Shown one piece after another: positions 1-12,669 of a stretch of 64,000 nt of DNA. Position 1 is the first letter of the stretch. Every line of letters begins with the position of its first letter. The DNA comes from the human T2T-CHM13v2.0 reference genome, Homo sapiens, in the NCBI RefSeq assembly GCF_009914755.1, contig NC_060938.1. The stretch is one strand, 5' to 3'. A program made the translations under genes and the position numbers. The notes under the pieces are model-generated. The model did not search any database. It was not told the origin of the DNA and saw only the letters and a program-made list of their open reading frames with translations.

Positions 1-25
1 CAAAGACAGCACATTTCAAAAACGA

Positions 26-149
26 AGAGTTGCCAGATTTAGAAAATAGAAAAGCACCCAGTTAAATATGAATTTCAGATAAACAATAAATGATGTTTTA
101 GTATAAGTATGTCCCAAATATTATATCCTGTGCTCTATCTGGCAACCCT
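26..149. mobile_element. MER53-like hAT MITE, internally deleted
   Basis: Terminal inverted repeats AGAGTTGCCAGAT / ATCTGGCAACCCT. Internal 'gaatttcagataaacaa...tagtataagtatgtcccaaata' matches the recalled MER53 consensus; the second half of its palindrome is missing. Confidence 0.75.
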
Positions 150-434
150 ACAGGCTGTGGTGAGGGAAGGAGCTGAGGTCTCCCAGCTCTGTCTGCAAAG
201 AGGAAAGTGGGACGTTGGGAAGGAGATGGTTGCCCAGAGCTTCTGGGTACTCATCAGGCATCACTTTTTTGTTCTGATTTCTTACACTGAAGGGTAGCAC
301 TTTTCTACCCTTCATGTAAAATAAATATTTGCCAATTGGTAAAGGCACCATGTTACTGTGAGGCTTTCGTACCATGAAAGCCTTAGATTTCATGTGGGTA
401 AAATTCTGTGGCCCCCAATGCCTTAGAAGAGCAT

Positions 435-607
435 GGATTACAGGTGTGAGCCAGGCACGGCAGCTCGTGCCTGTAGTCCCAGTGCTTTCAGAGGCCAAGT
501 AGGGAGGATCACTTGAAGCCATGAGTTTAAGGTTGCAGTGAGCTAGGACTGCGCCCCTGCACTCCAGCCTAGGTGACGGGCCAAGACCCTGTCTCAAAAA
601 AAAAAAA
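435..607 (+). mobile_element. Alu monomer (FRAM/right-arm-like) with a short inverted Alu 5' fragment
   Basis: gccaggcacgg...cctgtagtccc...gcagtgagct...cactccagcct...gtctc + poly(A). Bases 435-453 are the reverse complement of the Alu 5' end. CATGGA at 432-437 and 608-613. Confidence 0.85.
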
Positions 608-1899
608 CATGGAAGATAAGGCTGTGGCAATAAACTTCCCTCTGTCTTTGTCTTTCCCTCCTCTCCCCTTGCCTGTATCCCTTTCTTCCTTCCCTCCTTC
701 CTCCTCTCTATTTCAAACTCTATGTCTTTCTGCATTTTAGTTACAGTCTTACCTAGTTTCTGCTTAAATCCCTTATCATATAAAGACTTAGGGAACCTCA
801 AAAATGAGCTACTTAAATGGGTAAATTCCTTTTAGTTCCCCCACAGACTTCCAAAACAACACTGATTCTTCCATTGACTGAAATAAAGATCTCCTTTCCT
901 CCAGCTCTGAACTAGCAATTCCCAAACTATAAATGTTCAATTACTTCCCAGACAGCAAATGCACAGTTTGCCTCCTCCATGCTATATATTTTCTGTGGTT
1001 AGCATTATTGTTTGCTAAATACACTCAGACACTCTATTTACCTCTGGCCACAACTCTGAGACCTTTATGTGGCTTCCAACCCTCTAGGAGCAGCTCAGAT
1101 AAATCACTGCTCAGCCATTTAGCACACAAAGAGGAGAAGATTTCAATTTTCCAAATAGGGCCATTTGTTTAATTTATTTGGCTGCTGGGGAATTGTGGAA
1201 ATGATGCTAATGTAGACTGGGAAAGAATACCACAAAGCCCTTCAGGTTTCATCTCACCTCTGATGGGACAGTCCAAATATTCTTACCAGTATCTCTTTGA
1301 AAATTCAGCAAGCTTCTATTCCTTCAACTGGGTGGTGAGTTCATCAGTGTGTCCGTTGTATTGTTATTCTGTATGCCTTACACTGAAATTATAAATATCC
1401 TTGGCATCTATTCATATTTTAATAAAAAAAATTTAATGCAAACTCCATGTATCCCCACCCCCTAAGAAAGAAGTAAAATGCCTTGACCTTTATCCCAACT
1501 GGCAAAGCTATCACTTTGCAGAAAGTAAGTCAGAGAGTAGATTCTTCACAGGTGGTTACATTTATTGCACATCTAAAAGACAAATTGTTGCACTACATAA
1601 TTGGAAACCTGAGTTCCAATCCCAGCTTTGCCCATATATAAGGCCATCATTAGTCAATAAATTCCTCAAAAATAGGGATCATATCCTACTGTCCACTGTT
1701 TCCCTCTAGTTAATTCTTACAAATAAATTATACATGATCTATTTGCCTAAAATATATAATATTATAGAGATAGATGAAGTTCCCCCTTGGAGCTCTTCAG
1801 TCTTTTTCCCACCAAATACTAAGAGATAATCACTATCATAATCTGACCTGTATCTTTCCCAGGCTGTTTACCTGTGCCATAGAATAGATACAATATTGA

Positions 1900-2570
1900 T
1901 TTTTTTGTGGTTTCTTTTTCACATAAATGGTCATAGAGTACATATAACTCTACAACTTGCCCTTTTCATTTTACAATATATTTTTAGATCAATCCATGTG
2001 GATATGGATAGCTCTAATTTTTTTCCTGCAAATTTCTGTGCAATATTTCACCATCTAAATATACCACTTCCTACCTATCTACTCTCTGATAAGATTTACA
2101 CTGTTTGCAATTGTTCTCAATGCCAACAATCAACCTCTTTGCTTTCTCCAGTGCCTGTGTGCCAGTTTCTCTAGAGCAGATGCCTAATGGGGGAATGCTA
2201 GATCATAGGATATGGACATTTTCCATTTTAAGAGGTAATATCAAATTGCACCCACCCCCAAAATCAGGGATCATTTTACCATTTCCACCGGAAGCGCAGA
2301 AGAGTAGCCTGTTTCCCCACAACTCAGCAACACTTGATATTAATAAACTTTCCATTTTTGCCACACTAATAGGTAAAAAAAAAGTGGTATCTCAATTTGC
2401 ATGTCCTCGCTAGCTTAGTTGTCAAATGTTATTTAGTCTTTTATGTTTTCCTCTTCTGTGAAGCCCATATTTATATCATTTACCCATTTGTTGCCTTACT
2501 CTTTCCTTATTGATTTGTAGAGTTCCTCACGTATTCTGAATACTAATTCTCTGTTATGCATGTTGCTTTT
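1900..2570 (-). mobile_element. Ancient L1 (L1ME-type) 3' fragment
   Basis: Diverged antisense L1M motifs: 'ggaatgctagatcatagg', 'cctgtttccccaca', 'tttttgccacactaataggtaaaaa...gtggtatctc'. Boundaries approximate. Confidence 0.6.
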
Positions 2571-4210
2571 GTTTACTTTTTGAAACACCAACACCTAGCA
2601 AAATGCCTGGTTCCTAGTAAGAAGTAGAAATTATTTGTTGACTACATGAATAACTGAATCTGGCAAAAGCGCCATAGAGTGGAGAATCCCTCTATGACTC
2701 ACAACAGAGTTACAGTATTTTCATTACTTAGTTATAAAGACCAGGCAAGTAGGCACATTAAATATGACCCATTAAACCATGTGTCCTACTCATTTCTGAA
2801 CCCCTAATTCTTAGGGAAGGGTCTTCTATGGAATAATCACTCAATAAATGTTGAATGAAGAGCAGAATGGAAGAAATCAAAAAGGCCTCCTCCTTCTCAC
2901 ATACCTTAGAGACCAACTTTCCATCCCATAATAAGTTAACAACAAATTGTAATAAAATCTGGCAAGTGGCCAGTACAGAAAAATGTATTCTCTCTCTGCT
3001 CCACTCAAAATCTCTTGATCTCCACAGCAGGAATTGAGTATCAGACCAACAGTGGGTGCATCACAAGACAAGCAAATAGAAACAAACAGAATACTCCAAG
3101 CCACTTGACTCAGTGTAGGGAATGCAAGTTAAAATCTGATGGCTTCGTCCACTGCTCCTCCCGCTGGACATCAGGGAATGGACTGAGGGGACGGGACTGC
3201 TCCTCCCCCTAACCCATCTCTTCCTTCTTTTCCTCCCCTCACCTCCCATCTCTGCACTTCGAGGTGCTCCCTTTTTTTTCTCTCCAGATTGTTGTTCTTT
3301 TCTATAAAGTGTTGATCCCTGGATTTTCCTGGATTGTCATGATTTCTATTGAAAGACTCACAGCAGAAATACCACCCACATTCATATACATACAAATATG
3401 TTTCTTTTCTTCTGCTTTCTTGCTCCATCAGAGCTCTGTGGAGCTATTTGATTTAATTATTTCTGGCACTATGCCCATCAAAATGTGCAGCTCTTCAAAA
3501 GGATGGAAATGACAGTGAATCTGCCTCCTCCTGAGCTATTGAGGTTTTCATTTGAATCCTGTTGTCTTGGAAACAAGCGAATTTCATTGAATGTACACCC
3601 ACTGTAGTGGTTAAAACATCAGCTAGAGGCACAACTCCCCCGCAATCCATTCCGTGTCTTGCCCAACTCACAGGTTGGTTGGCTGCTGGGGTGGAAACGG
3701 ACTGTGTCAAGACATCTGGATTCCAGCCTCACCTCCAGTTCTATCCACGTGGTTCTAAGCAAAACATATCACCTCTTTGAGTCTCTATTTCCTTATGAAA
3801 AAGAAATGAGAATAAAAGCACCACCTCTTCCATCTATCTTAGACTCATTGGAAAGCTCTAAGGAGAAGATAGACATGAAACAGCACTTTGGAAACTGCAA
3901 AAGGCTAAACAAATATAATCACATAGTTGAATTACTATATTCCTCTTGCTAAAAACAAATCCCTACATTTTAGCTCAGATATGTATAAATAAGGTCGCTG
4001 GCTTTTATCTTTTCCTAATTGTAAAACAGACCACCCTTAAAGACTTAAGCACCTGTCAGCTAAAAATAACTGTTAATGACTAATGGTTACTCATATTTTT
4101 GTTCATTATGCTAAATCAAAAGAAACTTCATGCACACAGGAGGCAGAGGTGTGTGCCTGTTGCTGCTGACTGCTCAGTGTGTCCTATTAGGAATAGCCTA
4201 ATATTACTTC

Positions 4211-4783
4211 TGCTTCAGTTAGCTCTGGCTGCGTAACAAAACACCCCCAAAAGTTAGTGGGTTTAAGCAATCTTCTTCTTTTGCTCATAATTTTATAAAT
4301 CAGAAATTCAAAAAAGTGTTGCCTGGGGCGGTTCATCTCTACCACACTTGGAGTCACCTGGGGCAGCTGGAGTTGGAGGATCTGCGTCCAGGATGGCTTC
4401 TCCACTCATATGTCTGACTCCTCAGCATTTCTCAGCATCCCTTTCTCCCACATGGTATCTCAACTTCCAGCAGCTCTCTGCATGGTTGAGGGTTCTCACA
4501 GCATTACGGTCTCAGGGTAGATGCTCTTATTCCATGGTGTCTGGCTTCCAAGAGGCAGGAAGTAAAAGCTGCTAGGCCTGTTAAGGGCTATGCTTAGAAA
4601 TCAGACAGCATCACTTTTGCCATGTTCTACTGGTCAAAGCAGAAACAGGGCCTGTCCATATTCAAGGGGGTGGAGAAATCAACTGCACCTTTTGATAGGT
4701 GAGTGGCAAAGTCACATTGCAGAACAGCATGTGGAATGGGAGACACTATTGGGATCATCCCTGGAAGATACACTCTGCCATAA
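4211..4783 (-). mobile_element. MLT1H-like MaLR LTR
   Basis: 'gctgcgtaacaaaacacccccaaaagttagtgg' at one end; 'cagcatgtggaatgggagacactatt...actctgccata' at the other. Typical antisense MLT1H. Confidence 0.75.
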
Positions 4784-5599
4784 CTTCTCTGTCATTCCTA
4801 GCAAAGCATCCCCCAGTTCAGCCACACCAGAATTAAAAGTCCCAGGTCAATAAAGCACCTACTAAGACTTTGACCATGTCTAGGCCTTATTATCAGAGCT
4901 TGGGGTTTTCTAGGAGCCAAAGGAACACCTACAGATCAGATAAAGACTCCTAGGAAACTCCAGTCTGGTTCACTCACATCTGGAACCAAATGTGGTACCT
5001 CAGTCCTCTTCACATCTAAGCACATTTCTAGGAGCACCTTTGAACACAAGAACCAACTGGGACCATGAAAAACGCAACATTCAAGACCATGTTTATGTCT
5101 TGCTACACATACATAACATGTATCATCTTGAGTTAATTACATAACCTCTCTGGGTCTCAGTTTCCTCAATTGAGCAATGGGGGATTTATACCTCTACTAA
5201 TTTACTTTCCCACAATTCTTGAGGTTATCAAATGAAATGATGTATTTAGCTGTCTTCTTAGGTTGTAAACCAATATATCAACATCAATTATTATATTAGA
5301 GAGACAAAAGAGGCAGATCTTGGCTTTGCCTCATTATGAATGTATGACTCTAAGCAAGTTTAATTAAATACTCTGTGCCTCCATTTCCTCTTCCAAAATG
5401 TGTGGTTTGATGTGCCATATTTCACAAGGCAGCATTTAAATGCAAAAACGCCTAACCACCGACCAAGAGAAAATGAATGCATATTGTAGCCACCATGGGG
5501 AAGAGCTATAGGTGTGGTTTTGTCATTGAAAATATTAAGCCAAACATGGGATAGCTAGTACAGCAAGGTACATCTTTCGTAGCAGAGTGCATACAATAT

Positions 5600-5838
5600 A
5601 TAGTGACTTAGACAGGGCTCTGTAACCAGACTTGTGCACTTACATCTTAATTCCGCTTTGATCAGCTGTGTAACCTAGTGCAGAATACCCAACTTCTGGC
5701 CTTTATTTTCTCATGTATAAAATGAAGGTAACAATGTCACCTTCCTTGTAGGGTTGTTGCAAGGACTAAATGACTCAGTGCACTGCAATCAGTATATGAA
5801 AACATAATAAGCATTAATAAATGTTAGCTATTACTATT
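5600..5838 (+). mobile_element. MIR SINE
   Basis: MIR core 'agctgtgtaacct...ttttctcatgtataaaatgaagg' and tail 'aataaatgttagctattactatt'. Confidence 0.7.
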
Positions 5839-6155
5839 CATTGCAGTCTTTTTATATTTGCTATATATCTGTTTTGGTCACCTGGTAAAATCAGGGGGGA
5901 TCTTCACCCAAAGTGTGATTCAAATGTTAAGGCTAATGACTCTTGGGTTTTTGGAATAGACAAGTATGCTATCTGCAAAAAATGAGAATTTTCTATTTTC
6001 TCTTTTTAAGAACTATGCCTCCTATGTCTTTTTCTTGTCTTAATGCATTGGTTAGAACATAGAAAGTTAAATAATAATGACAGTAGACACCCCTACCTTG
6101 TTTCTGACTTCAAGGAGAATGCCTTTAGTATTTTGCATTAAGAATGATTTTAGCT

Positions 6156-6467
6156 GGTCTGATGCAGTGGCTCATGCCTATAATCTCAGCACTTTGGGAA
6201 GCCGGGGTGAGAGTCGCTTAAGCCCAGGAGTTTGAGATCAGCCTGCACAACATAGTGAGACCTCATCGCTACAAAAACATTTAAAAGTTAGCTAGGCCTG
6301 GTGGCATGTACCTGTGGTCCCAGCTACTGGGGAGGCTGAAGTGGGACAATTGCTTGAGCACAAGAGTTCCAGGCTACAGTGAGCCGAGATCGTGCCACTG
6401 CAATCCAGCCTGGGCAACAGTGCAAAACTCTGTCTGAAAAAAAAAAAAAAAGAAAAGAAAAAGAAAA
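6156..6467 (+). mobile_element. AluJ inserted in an old L1 fragment
   Basis: Full dimer with J-type 'gcttaagcccaggag' and 'aggctacagtgagc'; poly(A)/GAAAA tail. Confidence 0.9.
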
Positions 6468-8524
6468 TCTCATCTACCCTCTTAGATGTTATCAAAAATA
6501 ACTATTGATTTGTATCAAATGCCTTTATAGAATCTATCATGATGAACTTTCATTTTTTTCCATCTGAATTATTTGTTATCATCTTGAATATAGGATTTTC
6601 TATAAATTAAATATTTTTTCATTGAAGTGAGTATTATTGGACATAGGCTATAGGAAACTTGGACTTTAATCCTAGCTCTATTTTATTTACCACATCCAAA
6701 ATTGAAGGCTCCAATATGTTATTCATTAGAACCGAAATGGAAGATAATTTTTTTTCTTCGTATCTATTTCAGGTGAGGGGAGAGCTAAAGGGGCAAGAGA
6801 CATCTATTTTAGACCTTCGCATAGTCTATTGTGGGATCCAAAGGAAAGTCTCCAATTTTTCCCTTCTCATTATTCCAAGACTCACTGAAAGATGTTCATT
6901 CAGATTTCCACAGCTTGCATAAAAGCTTTCTAAAAATTTTACTCCTTTTCACTCCACAATTATTTTTAAAGATACCAGCAATTTGCATTCTCTTTTTTGT
7001 TTAACATAGAAGAGGCCTCTCCGGCCAACATAAACGCCATGGAAGTAGACTATAGAGCTGATAACCATTCCCTGGAGGCCACTGAAGTCCACAGTACATG
7101 GACATGGCAGTTTGAGGTTTTTTTGTGACAGGATCCGGTTTATTCTGCCTCAGCAGGGTTGTCCCGGGTAAAGGGAAGTCCTGAGGGCCAGTTAAGGCCG
7201 ATGGTGGAAGAAGAAGCGGGCATGCAACCCCTAAAATTCAGTGAAGCCAGGCCTAGGCCTAAAGACAGCTGGGATAGGTCAGGACAGGGTGGAAGGAACT
7301 GGACTGGAACCATGCCTATAGGGCTGTGGACCCAGGCTACACAGGTGTCCAGGGAAGCAGGGCACAGGGTCATGTGACATGCAACACTGGCGCAGGGATC
7401 ACAAGTAAGTGCAAAAACAAGTAAGCACAGACTCACAGGCCAAAGGGTCACCCAGCCACGACTAGGCTGGTCATGTGGACACAATGGTGGTGTCACATAC
7501 AGCTCACAGGGGAGCTGCCTGAGTGGCAGGTTTTGAATCAGAAAGAGTTTGCTGAAAAGCATGCTTTCTAAAATGATAGGAACGATTCTCCAGACACACC
7601 TACAGATTCAGTCAGCCTCCTCCCCATGGTCTTTGGTTCCTCTAGGGTTTCTTTAACTCCTCTGAAATGTGAAGAAGGTAGCCTCTCCCTAGGGATAAAC
7701 GTTTTGGACAAAAGTGGTAGAACTGAAAATGCTTATGAGGCCCTTAGTGACCTCTAGTGCAAAAATAATTGTCATCCAGACTGGGGAACAAACTTATCTA
7801 GAAGTTAGACAAGGCAATTAAATTCACTTTCTTAATTTGACACTTATCTGCTAAGAAGGTTTAGAATAATCTTGCACCCTACCTATGCAGCTTTTTTCTA
7901 GGCTAAAAATATGAATAAATCTTAAACTGTTTAACAAAGACATTCTCAATTATAAGATGAAATTAAGTATCTATAATACTTAACTTTTGAGATATTCAGG
8001 TATAGGTAGGGAAAACAAGAGTCAAGAGGGATGGCTTTGGTGCAGAGAATCTGACTCCCACTTTTTAATCCACATAGACAGAACAGGGTCAAAATCCCCA
8101 AACTTACCTCCAGGAATGAGCTATGGCTGGCCACCAGGAATTCTAAGAAGGAGCAAATATTTCCTTCCAGTTAGAGTTAAAAGTGGTAGAATCCCCAGGC
8201 AAACAGAATTATTGGCTCCAGTGACCCCACCATAAAAACAGCATGTATGTCCTTGACCTCACGTTGGCCTCTGTCTCCATATGGTACCCCCACCAATTTC
8301 AGGTTCACATCTTATCACATTGAAGTCTAGCAGAAAAGTAAGCAAGTTTTGCTTTCAATAGTCCAAGGAAAACCTGGGACTCACTGAGAGGTAGCATAAC
8401 ATAGAATACTAAGCAATGATTCTGGAGCAAGGTGCCAGGATCCAATGCCAGATCCCCACTTCCTAGCTACGGAACCTTGAGAGAGTTAGTGAATGTGACA
8501 TGCATTTCACTGCTCACTAAAATC

Positions 8525-8730
8525 TGGTTGTGCTGACTATTCTTCATTAGCCCTTCCAAGTCCATTCTCCATCCTTCACCACCTTGACCTGTGCCAGAGG
8601 AGGCTGATTTCTATAGCTTCCATCCATGAGTACCCTTGTCCTTTGGCTTCTAGTTGAGTTGAGTCAGTAGAAGGTACTGGCAAGAAACTACAGCATGAGA
8701 TGAGTGCGAGATCCATGCATTTATTTTTCC
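8525..8730. mobile_element. LTR33-like ERVL LTR fragment
   Basis: 'ccattctccatccttc...tgtgccagaggaggctga...cccttgtcctttggcttc' resembles the recalled LTR33 consensus. Confidence 0.55.
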
Positions 8731-9640
8731 TGTAGTGTCATCGATTGGGCTCTTAGATTTAGTGATTGGGAGCCTGTGAATTAAACTAACAAAAGATAAA
8801 ATAGCAAGAGAAAAATACAAAATTTTATTTGCATAGTATTTGAGAAATGGCAGATTCTTCGAGTCACAGAAAATTGTGACTCAAAGAAGTGATTAAAACT
8901 TGGGGCTTATATGCCCTCTAACAAAGAAAAAGGAGTTAGTTAAGATTTTAAGGGACAATAAATGGTGGGAAATGACTGAGAAATATAGGGGGAAAACTAA
9001 TAGAAGGTAAGGTTCATTTTAGTAAAGTCTGTTTATGCAATTTCTCATCCCGACACTGACTTTTCATCTCCAGTGACAGGAGTCATTCTTTCCTCCTACT
9101 ACAGGAAACCTCCCTTCATAGGGAATTCAGGCTGGACATGGTGGCTCACACCTGTAATTCTAGCACTTTGGGAGGCTGAGGAGGGAGGATTGCTTGAGCC
9201 CAGGAGTTGAAGACCAGTCTGGGCAACATAGTGAGACACCAACTCCACTAAATAAATGAATAAATGAATGAAAGAATGAATGGATGAATGAATACCAGGC
9301 ATGGTGGCATATACCTGCAGTCCCAGCCACTTGGGAGGTTGAGTTAGGAGGATCACTTGAGCTTGGAGGTGTCAAGGCTGCAGTGAGCCACGATCATGCC
9401 ACTCACTCCAGCTTGGATGAATTTGCAAGAATTCAAAGAATGGTTACTTCCACAAACACACCACATTTTTTTTTACAAGGGGAGGGGGGAATTCATAACA
9501 GTTGAATTCTTTTGGAAGGCTCTGCTTTTTCAGGTATATAGGGGGAGTGCAGAGAAAGTCTCTTCTGTATCTGTTGATTCTCAAATAACTTCAACTCAAA
9601 ATAAGCCTTATGCCACAATGACATATTCTGGACCCCTTCA
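8731..9640 (-). mobile_element. MER34/MER39-like ERV1 LTR interrupted by an Alu
   Basis: Terminus 'ttcaactcaaaataagccttatgcca...catattctggaccccttca' is the reverse complement of the TGAAGGGG..CAGAATATG start of this family. Confidence 0.65.
9130..9420 (+). mobile_element. AluJ lacking its 3' end and poly(A), with (GAAT)n linker
   Basis: Both arms recognisable. The linker is replaced by aatg/gaat repeats; the element ends at 'ctccagcttggatga'. Confidence 0.88.
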
Positions 9641-9705
9641 GAGGATTAGAGTTAGAAGTGTTTATAACACAGTACAGCCTATAAAAGGAGCTCAGTAAAT
9701 GTAAG

Positions 9706-11150
9706 CTTTTTTCCTACTTGTTATAGAAAATTTCAAACATATATTCAGAAATAGAAAGGGTGGTATAATTAACCCCAAGCACCTATCATCCTGCTTCCAC
9801 AATTATGGGCTCATGGTGAATCTTGTTTTATTCTAACCACCCTCCTGTAATTATTTTGAAGCAAATCTTTGACACTGTATCTTTTCATCCATAAATTTTA
9901 AAAGATTTTTTTAAACAACTACAACATTGTTATCACACCTAAAAAATTAACAATAATTCCTTCATATCATCTAATATCCAGTCAATATTTGACCTTCTCC
10001 AACTGTCTCATAAAATTTTTTAAGTGTGTTTGAACCAAGATCCTAGTAAGGGTCACTCAAGTCGCTTTTAGTCTATAAATTCCCCTTCATCTGTTATGCC
10101 TTGTGATGTGTTTGTGGGAGAAACCAGCTTGCCCCGTAGTGTTTCTCACAGTCTGGATTTTGCTGATTGTATCCCCATGGTATCATTTAACATGCTCCTT
10201 TCTCCCCTGTATTCCCTGTGACTTGGCAGCTAGATCTAGGCTTAATCAGATTCACATTTAATTCTTTTTAATCAAGAACACTTTGTAGGTGGTGATATGT
10301 TTGGTCGGCTCTCTTTCTGTAATATTAGCAGCCAGTTGTCATCATTGTCAAAATTCATTAATCCATTAGAGGCTGCAAAAAGGTAATATTCCAATTTTAT
10401 TATTCTTTATTCATGTATGGCAGCAATAACTGTATAAAGAGAAACTTCCCCTGAAGGGACAGCTCATAAGGGAATAGTAGCATAAGTGTTTGATTCTTTC
10501 TCTTTATTTGCCTGATTTCAAATAATGAGTTTGTTCCCTAGCATTCTTTAAAGATGACTATTTAGGGATTTTCTTCAAGTAGTATTCATCCTCATGGATT
10601 TAAAGATACTTTTTGTGTTTAAATCCATTGTAATTTCTATCCTTATTGATGCTCAATTTGTCCCATCATTGGCCAGGTGGAACCTCTTTAAGTTCATTCA
10701 TGAGTTCTTTTGACATGTCTCTAACCATTTCTTATGACATCCTTGATACTTAGTATGACAAGATGTTCCAGACTCATCCTGTGTATTTCCTGCCTCAGAC
10801 GTGGAGTCTGCCATTTCTCCAAGAACCCCTCTAGTTCCTTTAATGGGAAATGGTATTTAGAGACTACAGTACAGGCTGTAGAGATGGCCAATGCCATTAC
10901 TTGGTTGGTCATTGTTTTCATGTCTTTTCCATGGATAGAACTGGCAAATGCAAACATATATATGATAAAACACATTGTGCATTTCTACTGATACTTCCAA
11001 TTCAAATTAAAGACCGTGGCTTTTTATTTTAATATATTGGAGTGTATATCTTTACCTCCCTTTTTAATGTCAAAAATTCAATCTCATTGAAACCAACATA
11101 ATTATTCATTTGTCTTCACAATAGTCTCAGTATAACAAAACCAATCATAC
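9706..11150 (-). mobile_element. L1MC-type 3' UTR fragment
   Basis: 'gaaaatttcaaacat', 'ttattttgaagcaaatc', 'ccatttctccaagaaccc...tggtatttagagac' are typical of the L1MC4/5 3' region. Confidence 0.7.
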
Positions 11151-12309
11151 CCCTAGAAATTAGAAGTGAGAGTATATTGCCAGGAAAAAGAAAAAATTCT
11201 AGGCAGATAAAACAGCACATGCCCACTATAGGGTCACCACCTTACCTCTGAGCTACCACCAACACAGAAGTCCTGGGAATGTGGAGGGGGGTTAGACCTT
11301 CCTCCCTATCTGGAAATGAAGAGGAAATACTCCACAATGATAGAATTAGTCATTCGATTTATGTGAAGAAAACCCCACGGGCACCAGCAAGAAGGTGCTT
11401 GGCTCTGACTCCTGTATTTTCCCTGTTGCTTAGCTCCAGCAGATGGGAGTGAAGGGAGCAAGCTCAATTTTGACAAGCAGCAGCCACAACAACTTAAGCA
11501 CAACAGCCAAGGAATACATTCAAGATTAGACTGTTTTCTTCGTGCCCATCCATCTTTCTATGGGAACTCAGAGCTCACTACAAGAGCCTTTTCTAGGCGA
11601 CGCTGGCCCAAAAAATAATAGCCTTTGAGAGGCTGGAAAAGCAAAACATTAAGGCAATGGAAGAAATAAAATGGTCTTTGTTTAACTCTTAACCAATAAG
11701 AATGACCATGGGGATGCTTGAGAAGTGAGATAAGCAATAAAACATTTCCTGGAGGTATAATGTGGCCAGGGGTACTAGGAAGTTGACTCCAGGGTAGCCA
11801 GGTGGCTCAGGGGTATTTGACTAGAGCTCGGCTTCTCCTGCCTTCCTTAGAACAATTCCCAGCTCACAGGAGCAACCCCAGCACCCAGAAAGCAGTGTCT
11901 GCATTATGCCTGTTAAATAATGTACCTGTCTTTGCTTCTCCACCAAGGTTCTCCACACCCTGATCAGAAGTGTCTGCTCCTCCACACTCAGCTAAGCAGC
12001 TGATTCACTAAACCCCAAAAGCCAAAATGAGGGGAAAACAACATTTGGAGCAAAATTTTCCAAAATCCTCGGCCTTGGTGTTATGAGGGTCAGAAATGGA
12101 GTGAGGGCTGGATAAGGGTCAGAGATAGAGTGAGGGCTAGTAAGACACTCAGATTTTCAGCAATGTGGACATGGGTTTATACCACACAGAAAATCCAATT
12201 TTTCACACGTTACATCTGCTTGCCTCCCAATTCCAATATCTGTGTGGTGTTTCAAGATATCTACAATTAAATTGACTTATGTGTGTGTATCTGTTGTGTG
12301 TGTGACTTT

Positions 12310-12430
12310 TATTATTCCCATTTTACAAATAAGAAAATGAGATTCAGAGAGGTTGAGTAACTTGCCCAAGGGCATACAGCTAGTAAATGGTGGCACCAGA
12401 GTTGGATCACAGGTCTGGTTGACCCTAGAG
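12310..12430 (-). mobile_element. MIR SINE core
   Basis: 'cccattttacaaataagaaaatgagattcagagaggttgagtaacttgcccaagggcatacagctagtaaatgg'. Confidence 0.75.
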
Positions 12431-12669
12431 TCATACAGGCCTCATGCCAGCCTCAGATTAGAGGACACAGGGGACATCTACCAAATATTCATTCTCAGGA
12501 AACAACTATTTCATTAAAGCGTAACATCCTCTCTTTTAGCTAGGATGTTTTCAGCCGATAATACCAGAAAATTCAAGTACCACGCTTAAGCACAGAAGTC
12601 TGAGGTAAAGCAGCTGTATCAATGGTTCATTGGTGACTCAGTGTCAGGGGTCTGTCTGGGCTCCACTTC

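Noticed and set aside
148-801. 217-aa minus-strand ORF
   Set aside because: Built from a CT-rich tract and an antisense Alu (LECRGAVLAHCNL); no recognisable domain.
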